64,000 nt of DNA from an archaeon (GTDB taxonomy: Archaea; Nanobdellota; Nanobdellia; Pacearchaeales; GW2011-AR1). This document shows positions 18,626-27,130 of this stretch, piece by piece. The notes under the pieces were generated by a model that saw nothing but the letters and a program-made list of their open reading frames with translations, was not told the origin of the DNA and ran no database searches. Both the position numbers and the translations under genes were made by a program. The first letter of the stretch is position 1, and every line of letters begins with the position of its first letter. Location of the stretch: NCBI GenBank assembly GCA_018657525.1, contig JABHWZ010000009.1, forward strand, positions 2,855-66,854, given 5' to 3'.

Positions 18626-19573
18626 TTAATTATTTGTAGAATTATTTAGCTTTTTTTCTTTGGCTTCTTTTTCTTTTTGTTTGATTTTGTCTTCAAGTTC
18701 TAATCTTTCAATTAATTCCTTGTATCTATTTCTAATTGTTACTTCAGTTATTCCTGCTACATCTGCAACTTCTCTTTGAGTTTTCTTTTCATCATTTATT
18801 AAAGCAGCGACGTAAAGCGCAGCGGCAGCTATTCCGGCCGGGCCTCTTCCTGAAGTTAATTCAACTCTTTCAGCGTCTCTTAAAATTTTTAATGCTTCGT
18901 TTTGAGTTTTTGGTGAGAGCTTTAGTACTGAAGAGAATCTGGAAACATAATCCTTTGGAGATGATTGTTTTACTTTTATTCCAAGTTTTCTTATTACAAA
19001 TCTGTATGTTCTTCCGATTTCTTTTCTTTCTACATCTGAGGCAGTTGCCATTTCGTCGAGGGTTCTTGGAATATTATAGGAACGACAGGCGGCGTATAAG
19101 CAAGCAGCAATTACAGATTCCATACTTCTTCCTCTTACTAGTCCTCTTTGAAGAACATAGTTATAGATTCTTGATGCTTCGTCTCGGATTACATTTGGTA
19201 AATTTAGGTATGATGCTATAACTCTTAATTCGGCCATGGCTAATCTTAAGTTTCTTTCAATCGAAGTTGAAACTCTTTCTTGCCATTTTTTTAATCTTAA
19301 GAATTTTCTTGTTTGTCCTGGATCAAGTTTATAGATGTCAGAAATCTCCCCAATATTTGTCGTTAATCCCTTGTCAAATTTTTGCATAGAGATTGGCGCT
19401 CCTCCACGACCTTTTTTACCTGATTTATCAAATTGGCCTTGGGGGTCTATTCCAGTATCAACCATTTTATCTTCAACAACTAGCCCACAATCATTACAAA
19501 TGACTTCTCCTAAATGAGGATCATAATTTAAATGAATACTCCCACATTCAGGACATTTTTTTATATTTGGCAT
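18626..19573 (-). CDS. tfb: Transcription initiation factor IIB
   Basis: CPECG..CNDCGLV zinc ribbon, ERNL, RGLVRGRS, PRTLDE, TEVTIRNRYKEL. Confidence 0.97.
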   Translation of the reverse strand: MPNIKKCPECGSIHLNYDPHLGEVICNDCGLVVEDKMVDTGIDPQGQFDKSGKKGRGGAPISMQKFDKGLTTNIGEISDIYKLDPGQTRKFLRLKKWQERVSTSIERNLRLAMAELRVIASYLNLPNVIRDEASRIYNYVLQRGLVRGRSMESVIAACLYAACRSYNIPRTLDEMATASDVERKEIGRTYRFVIRKLGIKVKQSSPKDYVSRFSSVLKLSPKTQNEALKILRDAERVELTSGRGPAGIAAAALYVAALINDEKKTQREVADVAGITEVTIRNRYKELIERLELEDKIKQKEKEAKEKKLNNSTNN

Positions 19574-19674
19574 TTTAGAAATTACTTTTGTTACTCTAGA
19601 GGTTTATAGTAAGATTTATAAAGCTTTTCTATTTATAAACTTTTCTATTTAAAAATTTATTTCAAAATGAGAAT

Positions 19675-20034
19675 TTATTCAATTAGAATTCCGTTAATAA
19701 CACCTTCTTGACTTGGCCTATTTGTGATTTTTGCTTTTCCAAGTGTGGTTTCTACAATTGTGCCTTTTGTTAAAATATTTTGTCTTGCTAGAAAACGATT
19801 TGAAGGAGTCTCGAGAACATTTTTAATTTCTGTCTTTTGAATTTTTTTATCTTTTAAAATATTTATTTTATTGTTCTTTAATGAGTATGTTTTTTTATTT
19901 CCGCCCATTGTTCTCAAGGTTCTTCTTTTTTCTTCTCCTAGTTTTACAATTCTTTTTTGCCCTGCTGTCTCGAAGGATTTTTTCTTTCTATTCTTGATAT
20001 ATTTTCCGCCAGTGATTTTTTTTCCTTTGTTCAT
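19675..20034 (-). CDS. rps8e: 30S ribosomal protein S8e
   Basis: KITGGKY, RTMGGNKK, ILTKGTIVET, TNRPSQEGVING. Confidence 0.95.
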   Translation of the reverse strand: MNKGKKITGGKYIKNRKKKSFETAGQKRIVKLGEEKRRTLRTMGGNKKTYSLKNNKINILKDKKIQKTEIKNVLETPSNRFLARQNILTKGTIVETTLGKAKITNRPSQEGVINGILIE

Positions 20035-20146
20035 GATATAATGGGCTATTTTTGATTTAAAAATGTTTTGACGCGTCATTTTGTGTAATAGTTGTTGCTA
20101 AATAGTAATGCGATAGGTTTAAAAGTCAATTCAGCCGTTGATAATT

Positions 20147-20392
20147 ATGGTTAACGGAATCGAACGTCCTTTGGATTTGTTGAATAATTCAAAGAGCCAA
20201 GAAGTTATGGTGCAGTTGAAAAGCGGAAATAAGTTTGTTGGAACTCTTCTAGCTTTTGATATACACATTAATTTGGTTCTAGAGAATACAAAGGAAATGG
20301 ATGGAAGTGACATAAAACGAAACCTTGGTTTGACCTTTTTAAGGGGAGATACAATTATATTTATTTCTCCAGCGTCGACATCTTTGAAATAA
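20147..20392 (+). CDS. Sm-like (Lsm) RNA-binding protein
   Basis: RPLDLL, GTLLAFDIHINLVL, LRGDTI. Confidence 0.93.
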   Translation: MVNGIERPLDLLNNSKSQEVMVQLKSGNKFVGTLLAFDIHINLVLENTKEMDGSDIKRNLGLTFLRGDTIIFISPASTSLK

Positions 20393-20475
20393 GTAAGCGT
20401 TTTTGTTTTAGTTTCGCAAGTTGTAAAATTTTGAATAGTGGTAACTCTTAAAAACTTAGGTTTATTCTGATAGTT

Positions 20476-21381
20476 ATGGCTACTAAAATTAAAATTACTT
20501 TTTTGGGAACTGCGGATGCAATTCCTAGCGTGAGAAGAAATCATTCAGCTGTATTTTTGAGTTATGATGCAGAGAATATTCTTTTTGATTGTGGGGAGGG
20601 GACACAGAGACAGTTTAGAAAGGCTAGATTAAACCCTGGGAAAGTAACACGTATTTTAATTACTCATTTACATGGGGATCATGTTTTGGGTTTACCTGGT
20701 TTAATGCAAACTTTGAGTTTGTCCAATTATAATAAAACACTTTATATTTATGGGCCAAAAGGTACAAAACAATTTGTTAGAGAAATGTTAAATACTTTTA
20801 AATTTCAAGAAAATTATCCAATTAAAGTGGAAGAAGTTTCTGGGAACTTTTTTGAAAACAAGCATTTTTATTTGGAAGCGGAAAAGATGATTCATGGAAT
20901 TCCTTGTAATGCATATAATTTTGTAAAAAAAGGAAAACTTAGAATTGATAAAAAAAAGTTGAAAAAATCTGGTTTGCCCGAAGGACCTTTGCTGTCTAAG
21001 ATTATTCAGGGGAAAGATGTTGTTTATCAAGGGAAGAAATTTAAATCAAAAGCTTTGACTTATCAAGATAAGGATTTGAAAGTGAGTTTTGTGATGGATA
21101 CTTTAGATAATAAAAGAATTGTGCCTTTTGTTAAAGGGGCAGATGTTTTTGTTTCAGAATCTACATTTAGCTTGGAGGAAAAAGATAAAGCCGAAAAGCA
21201 TAAACATTTGACGTCGGAACAAGCAGCTAAAATTGCAAAAAAAGCAAAAGTAGGGAAATTAATATTAACTCACATTAGTGCTCGTTATGATAAAAATCCT
21301 AAGAAAATTTTACTAGAAGCAAAAAAGATTTTTAGAAAGTCTGAAGTAGTTAAGGATTTAGATGTTTTGGAAGTGGAATAA
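20476..21381 (+). CDS. rnz: Ribonuclease Z
   Basis: FLGT, DCGEGTQRQ, THLHGDHVLG, GP exosite, ESTF, HLT, THISARY. Confidence 0.96.
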   Translation: MATKIKITFLGTADAIPSVRRNHSAVFLSYDAENILFDCGEGTQRQFRKARLNPGKVTRILITHLHGDHVLGLPGLMQTLSLSNYNKTLYIYGPKGTKQFVREMLNTFKFQENYPIKVEEVSGNFFENKHFYLEAEKMIHGIPCNAYNFVKKGKLRIDKKKLKKSGLPEGPLLSKIIQGKDVVYQGKKFKSKALTYQDKDLKVSFVMDTLDNKRIVPFVKGADVFVSESTFSLEEKDKAEKHKHLTSEQAAKIAKKAKVGKLILTHISARYDKNPKKILLEAKKIFRKSEVVKDLDVLEVE

Positions 21382-21382
21382 A

Positions 21383-21604
21383 TATGGCCCGGACAGGATT
21401 CGGCGTCGGATGTAAATCCTCGTTCGTCCGCTATTGAATTTCTGAAGCGAACGAAACCCAAGGCTTCGAATTCAAAAATAATTTCTTAAAAATTATGGCC
21501 CGGACAGGATTCGGCGTCGGATGTAAATCCTCGCTCGTCCGCTATTGAAATTCTGAAGCGAACGAAACCCAAGGCTTCGAATCCAAATAATTTCTTAAAA
21601 ATTA
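21383..21604 (-). repeat. Two tandem units (111 and 109 bp) of family A insert plus tRNA-Arg 3' end
   Basis: TATGGCCCGGACAGGATTCG at 21383, 21494 and 21603; near-identical spacers. Confidence 0.95.
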
Positions 21605-21679
21605 TGGCCCGGACAGGATTCGAACCTGCGACTTTCAGCTTAGAAGGCTGACACTCTATCCAGGCTGAGTTACCGAGCC
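21605..21679 (-). tRNA. tRNA-Arg(TCT)
   Basis: GGCTCGG/CCGGGCC acceptor; TCAGC-CTTCTAA-GCTGA anticodon arm; GGTTCGAATCC. Confidence 0.95.
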
Positions 21680-21733
21680 ATAATAATATTTAAGATAAAA
21701 ACATATTTAAAAGTGTTTGTTTTTAAAGTTAAA

Positions 21734-22576
21734 ATGAAAAAGAGTGTGAAAACACTGAGTTTTCCGGTTAGAGGAAAATACGTTGTAATGCTAGCACCAA
21801 GTTTTGTGGTGGATTTTTCTTACCCTGAAATTATTTTAAAATTAAGACGTCTTGGTTTTGATAAAGTTGTCGAATTAACTTTTGGAGCAAAATTAGTTAA
21901 TAGAGAATATCATAAATTGCTAAAAAAATGTCCCTCAGGATGTTTGATGATTTCTTCTGTTTGTCCTGGAGTGGTGAGTTTAATTAATAATAAATTTTCA
22001 AAGTTAAAAAAGAATTTAATTTTGATAGATAGTCCAATGGTGGCTATGGCGAAAGTGTGCAAGAAAATTTATCCTAAACATAATGTTGTTTTTATTTCTC
22101 CTTGTGAATTTAAAAAACAAGAGGCTGAGGGTTGTAAGGAAATTGATTTTGTGATTAATTTTAATGAATTAAAAGAAATTTTTGCAAAGAAACTTTTTAA
22201 GAGAGAAGATAAAAATTTGTCTACAAGTTTTGATAGGTTTTATAATGATTATACAAAAATATATCCTCTTGCTGGGGGGTTGAGTAAGACAGCTCATTTG
22301 AAAAATATTTTAACAAATAAAGAAAGTATTTCAATAGATGGAATTAAGAGAGTGGAAACTTTTTTAAAAAAAGGAAATTTTGGGAAGTTGAAATTTTTGG
22401 ATGTGAATTTTTGTGTAGGGGGTTGTGTTGGAGGGCCTTACATTAATTCAAGTGTGCCTTTGGTTGTTAAAAAATTAAAAGTAAGAGGTTATTTGAGAAA
22501 ATCTAAACAAGAAGATATACCTGAAATTAAAAAAGGTTTAGTAAAAAAAGCAAAAGGAATTAGTTTGAAGAAGTAA
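21734..22576 (+). CDS. Stand-alone [FeFe]-hydrogenase H-domain-like protein
   Basis: LAPS, SSVCPG, ISPCEFKKQE, NFCVGGCVGG resemble the H-cluster motifs; no ferredoxin domain. Confidence 0.82.
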   Translation: MKKSVKTLSFPVRGKYVVMLAPSFVVDFSYPEIILKLRRLGFDKVVELTFGAKLVNREYHKLLKKCPSGCLMISSVCPGVVSLINNKFSKLKKNLILIDSPMVAMAKVCKKIYPKHNVVFISPCEFKKQEAEGCKEIDFVINFNELKEIFAKKLFKREDKNLSTSFDRFYNDYTKIYPLAGGLSKTAHLKNILTNKESISIDGIKRVETFLKKGNFGKLKFLDVNFCVGGCVGGPYINSSVPLVVKKLKVRGYLRKSKQEDIPEIKKGLVKKAKGISLKK

Positions 22577-22614
22577 AGAAATAGTTTTAAATAGTGTTTT
22601 CTTAAGTAATTATG

Positions 22615-22714
22615 TGCGCGGATGGTCTGGCTCCCAACTTTGATTTTTTCTCATTACCCCTTTTTTATTTAAATAAACCTAAAATCAAATTTGCTCGACG
22701 GCTACATTGTAGCC
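22615..22714 (+). repeat. Interrupted copy of tRNA-Cys 5' end with family F hairpin
   Basis: TGCGCGGATGG at 22615-22625; 68-bp element 22630-22697 aligns with 18297-18364; CGGCTAC D-loop remnant at 22699-22705. Confidence 0.88.
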
Positions 22715-22758
22715 TTGTACCATCAACTTTAAAAGTTCTGAATTTCTATTTATTTCAT

Positions 22759-22831
22759 GCGCGGATGGCACAGCGGCTACTGCGTCTCCCTGCAGAGGAG
22801 ATTTTCACGGGTTCGAGTCCCGTTCCGCGCT
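22759..22831 (+). tRNA. tRNA-Cys(GCA)
   Basis: GCGCGGA/TCCGCGC acceptor; TCTCC-CTGCAGA-GGAGA anticodon arm; U discriminator. Confidence 0.94.
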
Positions 22832-22833
22832 TT

Positions 22834-22924
22834 AGACGAGAATCCTTGGGTTTCGTTCGCTTCAAAAATTCAATAGCGGACGAGCGAGGATTTACATCCG
22901 ATGCCGAGTCCCGTTCCGCGCTTT
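22834..22924 (+). repeat. Family A insert plus duplicated tRNA-Cys 3' end
   Basis: CGAGTCCCGTTCCGCGCTTT at 22814-22833 and 22905-22924. Confidence 0.93.
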
Positions 22925-22962
22925 TCCCTAAAATTTAAAAACGTGTAGTGTATAATATTTTT

Positions 22963-24747
22963 ATGTATATTGTTAAACAACCTGTGAAGGGGAAGGATTA
23001 TTTTTATCTTCGGAAAAGCGTTAGAGAAAATGGAAAAGTTGTTAGTAAGTCTGTTGCGTATCTTGGAAAAACAAAAACTGATGCAGAGAAAAGATTTAAA
23101 GAGCTAAAAAATCATGGAAAATTGGAGGATTTTGAAAATAAAATTTTAGGGAAAAATGATATGAAAAAATTGGAAACTGAAAAGAATATGGATCAAGAAA
23201 AAATGAAAAAAACTGAAAGTGAATCTATAAAAAATAAAGAAATTAAAGTTTCTACAGATGAGAAAGAATTTTTGAGTTTTCTCAATGAGTCTGGTTTGGT
23301 TTGGGGTCCGAGTCCTGAGATTTATGGTGGGCTTGCAGGATTTTATACTTATGGTCCGTTGGGAAAGTTGTTAAAAAATAAAGTGGAAGATTCAATAAGA
23401 AAAATTTTTAATTCAAATGGTTTAAGGGAATTAGAGTCTCCAACTATTTTGCCAGATTCAGTATGGAAAGCTTCAGGGCATTTAGAAACTTTTAAAGATA
23501 GAACAATAAATTGTTCAAAGTGTAAGGCAGTTTTTAGAGCAGATAAATTAATTGAAGAAAAATATGATGTTCCGGCAGATTCTTTTTCAAATGAGAAGAT
23601 TCTAAATTTTATTGACGAGAAAGGAATTAAATGTCCGAGTTGTAAGGGATTGATGGAAAAATCAATTGATACTCAAAGTTTGATGATGAAGACAAAAGTG
23701 GCTGGGAAGGATGCTTCTTTAAGGCCTGAGACTGCTACAGGAACTTATTTACCATTCACTAGATTTTATAATTATTTTAGGAAAAAACTTCCGTTGGGGG
23801 TTTTTCAAATTGGTAAAGCATATAGAAATGAAATTTCTCCTCGGCAACATGTTTTAAGGGGGAGGGAGTTTACGCAAGCTGAAGGACAAATGTTTGTTGA
23901 TCCTGAAACAAAAAATAATTGGGAGAAATATGAATTAATAAAAGGGGAAAAGTTGCCGTTTTGGAATTCTGAAAGTCAAGAGTCAGATAAATCTGTGGTA
24001 AAGATTACCGTGGCAGAGGCTTTGAAAAAAGGAGATATAAAAAGTCAAGCATATGGTTGGTGTATTTGGTTAGCTTATACTCAGTTTATTAATTTAGGTA
24101 TTCCTTCAGATAGAATTCGTCTGCGACAACATCATCCGGATGAAAAAGCATTTTATGCCGACGACGCTTGGGATATAGAAGTTAAATTAAATAATTATGG
24201 TTGGTTTGAAATGTGCGGAGTTCATGACAGAACAGATTATGATTTAACTCAGCATTCCAAATTTTCGGGGGTTAAATTGGAAGCGGCAAGAGAGAATGGG
24301 GAGAAGTTTGTACCGCATGTTTTAGAAATTGCCTTTGGTACTGATCGTCCGACTTATGCGTTGATTGATATTTTTTACGATAAGAAGGAAGAAGGAGAAG
24401 GGAAGTCAATGTTTAAAATTCCTTATTGGATTGCTCCAATTGATTGTGCTATTTTTCCTTTGGTTAAGAAACCTGAATTATTTAAAATTGCAGAAGACAT
24501 TAAGGAAAGTTTAGAAAGAGAATTTGTCGTCGAGTATGACCTTGCAGGGAGTATTGGTAAAAGGTATTTAAGAAGTGCAGTGGCAGGTATCCCTTATGCA
24601 ATTACTGTTGATTTTGATTCTATTGAAAATGGTGATGTAACTTTGAGAGATCGTGATACTGAAAAGCAAGTTCGTGTTAAGATTTCTGAATTGAAAAATA
24701 TTTTGAGAAAATTAATAAATCAAGAACTCAGCTTCGACAAATTATAA
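22963..24747 (+). CDS. glyS: Glycine--tRNA ligase (alpha2 type) with N-terminal extension
   Basis: EIYGGLAGFYTYGPLG, WKASGH, LRPETA, YRNEISPRQ, REFTQAE, GSIGKRY. Confidence 0.96.
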   Translation: MYIVKQPVKGKDYFYLRKSVRENGKVVSKSVAYLGKTKTDAEKRFKELKNHGKLEDFENKILGKNDMKKLETEKNMDQEKMKKTESESIKNKEIKVSTDEKEFLSFLNESGLVWGPSPEIYGGLAGFYTYGPLGKLLKNKVEDSIRKIFNSNGLRELESPTILPDSVWKASGHLETFKDRTINCSKCKAVFRADKLIEEKYDVPADSFSNEKILNFIDEKGIKCPSCKGLMEKSIDTQSLMMKTKVAGKDASLRPETATGTYLPFTRFYNYFRKKLPLGVFQIGKAYRNEISPRQHVLRGREFTQAEGQMFVDPETKNNWEKYELIKGEKLPFWNSESQESDKSVVKITVAEALKKGDIKSQAYGWCIWLAYTQFINLGIPSDRIRLRQHHPDEKAFYADDAWDIEVKLNNYGWFEMCGVHDRTDYDLTQHSKFSGVKLEAARENGEKFVPHVLEIAFGTDRPTYALIDIFYDKKEEGEGKSMFKIPYWIAPIDCAIFPLVKKPELFKIAEDIKESLEREFVVEYDLAGSIGKRYLRSAVAGIPYAITVDFDSIENGDVTLRDRDTEKQVRVKISELKNILRKLINQELSFDKL

Positions 24748-24852
24748 AATTAATAATTAGTTTTTTAATTGAAAATTTATTTTTTATTGTTACTAAGAAA
24801 AGTTTTTAAAGTTCTTTTACTTGATTTGAGTAATTAAATTGAGGTGATATAA

Positions 24853-25050
24853 ATGCCAAAAGCTATCAAAACTGTTAAAGCAGCAAACAATGAAATCAAA
24901 AGGTTGAAGAAAGCTATGAAGAAAGTGGAAGTGCGTAAGAAGAAGTTAAGTGTTAAACCTAAGAAAGTAGTTAAGAAAAAGGCTGTGAAGAGGAAATCCA
25001 AGAAACCAGCCAAGAAGAAAAAAGCAGCTAAGAAAAAGAAAAGACGTTAA
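24853..25050 (+). CDS. Histone H1-like Lys/Ala-rich small basic protein
   Basis: GAGGTGA SD; roughly 45% Lys by eye. Confidence 0.7.
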   Translation: MPKAIKTVKAANNEIKRLKKAMKKVEVRKKKLSVKPKKVVKKKAVKRKSKKPAKKKKAAKKKKRR

Positions 25051-25193
25051 GTCTATTTTTTTATTTTTTTTTATTGATTAGTTAAAACCCGAGGACAAAA
25101 AGTTCAATGAAGGGAAGTGATGTAAATATTTTTAAATTGTAATTGATTGTGTTTTTTATTGAAAGTGATTGTATTTTTTGTAGGGGAGAAATT

Positions 25194-25412
25194 ATGGCTC
25201 TGGTGAGAGTTTGTCGCTTCGCTCTCTACTCCGTAGAATGAGAGTTTCTATTTAAATTTGGAAATCTCATGATCACTTCGTTCTCTACTTCGTAGAACAT
25301 CAATTTCTGTAGAAATTGACATAAACCACCGACGTTCTGTGGAACAAAAAGTTATCTGAATTTTGGGAGCCTAAATTCTCAAAAATTTAAATGGCATTGA
25401 AAATGCCATAAA
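25194..25412 (-). repeat. Duplicated tRNA(CAT) 3' end plus family G multi-hairpin insert
   Basis: ATGGCTCTGGTGAGAGTTT at 25194-25212 and 25412-25430; 25213-25238 identical to 6751-6776; 25291-25327 identical to 6770-6806. Confidence 0.92.
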
Positions 25413-25485
25413 TGGCTCTGGTGAGAGTTTAACTCACGACCTCTGCCTCATGAGAGCAGCGCTCTAAACACTGAGCTACAGAGCC
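25413..25485 (-). tRNA. tRNA with CAT anticodon (elongator Met or Ile2)
   Basis: GGCTCTG/CAGAGCC acceptor; CTGCT-CTCATGA-GGCAG anticodon arm; lacks initiator features; atypical T-loop TTAAACT. Confidence 0.88.
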
Positions 25486-25544
25486 AAACTTAAAAGAATA
25501 ATTTCATTTAAAAGGTTTTTTAAAGTTTAATTCTATCCAGGAAT

Positions 25545-25808
25545 ATGGTTTTAGGTGATGTAGCAAGCAATTTAACTCAAATTAATCAATCTACGGATTT
25601 TTTTACGGATCTAATTGTGGAAGTGGGTAAAATTGGTCTTTGGTTGCAAACTTTGGGAATTTTTGTTATTCTCTGGTTAGTCTTCCAAATTATTAATTTT
25701 TTATTGAATAGAAAAAGAACTAATTTAACTGATAGTTTTAAAGTAGAGATAAAACAAATAAATACTAAACTTAATCGGATTGAAAAATTGATAAAAAAGA
25801 AAATTTAA
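25545..25808 (+). CDS. Small membrane protein (TM plus coiled coil)
   Basis: Hydrophobic segment followed by IKQINTKLNRIEKL. Confidence 0.7.
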   Translation: MVLGDVASNLTQINQSTDFFTDLIVEVGKIGLWLQTLGIFVILWLVFQIINFLLNRKRTNLTDSFKVEIKQINTKLNRIEKLIKKKI

Positions 25809-26018
25809 TTATTTTTTGTCTTGAATTTTTAGTGCTTGTTGTCTTTCTTGTTGTTTGACTTTTACTGCTAATCCAGCTATTTGATTTCTAATTTTTTTAC
25901 TGGGCATGGTATTTCCAAGAGTTTTTTTATTTTTTTCAAAATCTTCTGTGAATTCTATTCCATTTTCTATTAAACCTTTCAAGGTTCTTCTTACTAATTT
26001 AGATTTTATTTTTCCCAT
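25809..26018 (-). CDS. rps17e: 30S ribosomal protein S17e
   Basis: MGKIK..FTEDFEKNKK..SKKIRNQIAG. Confidence 0.93.
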   Translation of the reverse strand: MGKIKSKLVRRTLKGLIENGIEFTEDFEKNKKTLGNTMPSKKIRNQIAGLAVKVKQQERQQALKIQDKK

Positions 26019-26052
26019 ATTAAATTGTGTTCGGTTCTGTTTTTAAAGGTTA

Positions 26053-27096
26053 CTATTCAAAAATTTCTATCTTTTGAAGGCTTTTTGCCGCGTTAATGAA
26101 TTCTGTTAATTTTTTTGTTTGATGTCCTTTTGTGAGAATTGCATATGGTAAGCTGAGTTCTGCACTTTTTTTATGTGCGTCGATTATGTCTATTTCATTA
26201 ACTCTTTTTTTGTTATATGCAACTAAGATTTTTTCATTTTCATTTGTTTTGACATGTAAAATTATTTGTTGGTGATTAAAAGAGATTATATCAAGAAGTT
26301 CTGTATTGTTTTCAGAAAGGAAGTGTTTTATTTTTTCAAAAAACTTTTGGTTTTGTTTTGTTGAAGTTTTTTTCTTTTTTACAGTTGTTTTTTTTATATA
26401 TTTTTTTTTGTCGAAAATATTTAAATTTTTTGCTGATGCAGATTTTTCTGTAAGAGATTCTTGCGTAGTTATTTCTTGAGAAATTTTGATTTCTTTGGGT
26501 ATTTTATGTGATTCAATATTTTCTTCTTGGGATGAACTTTGATTTGCTGGTTTTTCAGGAGGAATTTCTGAGATTTTTTTTGTTTGTATTTGGTTATCAG
26601 GTTTTTCTTTTTCTTGAGGGAGATTTTGCGGTTTTTCTTTTTGTGTTGGGTGACTGATGTTTTCTTTTTTTTCTTGGATAGATTCTGCTTCAGTGTTTGT
26701 AAAATATCTCCACATTACTCTTCCTTCTTTTTGAAATGCAACTGCAAAATCTTTTATAGCTCGTAATGCTACGCGAATTGCTGGTTCTTGTTTTTGATCT
26801 TCTAAAATTTGTTTTTCTTTTAACAGTAGGAATGCATCTTTCTCTCTTGATTTTAAATGCTGTGAATATTTTTCTAATTGGGGTTCTTGTCCAGCTAAAA
26901 GGTATATTGGCGAATTACCAACTTTCATGTGGCTCATCTTTATCTGTTTATTTGAGAGGAGTTCTCCGAGAAATGCTGAGGCAAAAAGGGTATTGACTCC
27001 AATTTCTTTTGAGATATGGATTGGCAAACTAGGACCATTTGTTTTTAATGTTTGAATTATTTTCTCTTTTGGTTGATTTGTATTTTGAATAGGCAT
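26053..27096 (-). CDS. Conserved hypothetical protein with N-terminal winged-helix-like region
   Basis: GPSLPIHISKEIGVNTLFASAFLGEL; low-complexity linker; C-terminal alpha/beta domain. Confidence 0.65.
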   Translation of the reverse strand: MPIQNTNQPKEKIIQTLKTNGPSLPIHISKEIGVNTLFASAFLGELLSNKQIKMSHMKVGNSPIYLLAGQEPQLEKYSQHLKSREKDAFLLLKEKQILEDQKQEPAIRVALRAIKDFAVAFQKEGRVMWRYFTNTEAESIQEKKENISHPTQKEKPQNLPQEKEKPDNQIQTKKISEIPPEKPANQSSSQEENIESHKIPKEIKISQEITTQESLTEKSASAKNLNIFDKKKYIKKTTVKKKKTSTKQNQKFFEKIKHFLSENNTELLDIISFNHQQIILHVKTNENEKILVAYNKKRVNEIDIIDAHKKSAELSLPYAILTKGHQTKKLTEFINAAKSLQKIEIFE

Positions 27097-27130
27097 GATT
27101 AAGAAAAAGATAAAGGAGTTATAAATATTG

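Noticed and set aside
21383..21622. Possible CRISPR array (three 20-bp repeats at regular spacing)
   Set aside because: The repeats are tRNA 3' ends, the spacers are near-identical and about 90 bp long, and no cas genes are present
18497..22924. Integrated provirus or island bounded by tRNA att sites
   Set aside because: Each duplication encloses only about 70-200 bp, the genes between tRNAs are housekeeping, and no integrase is present
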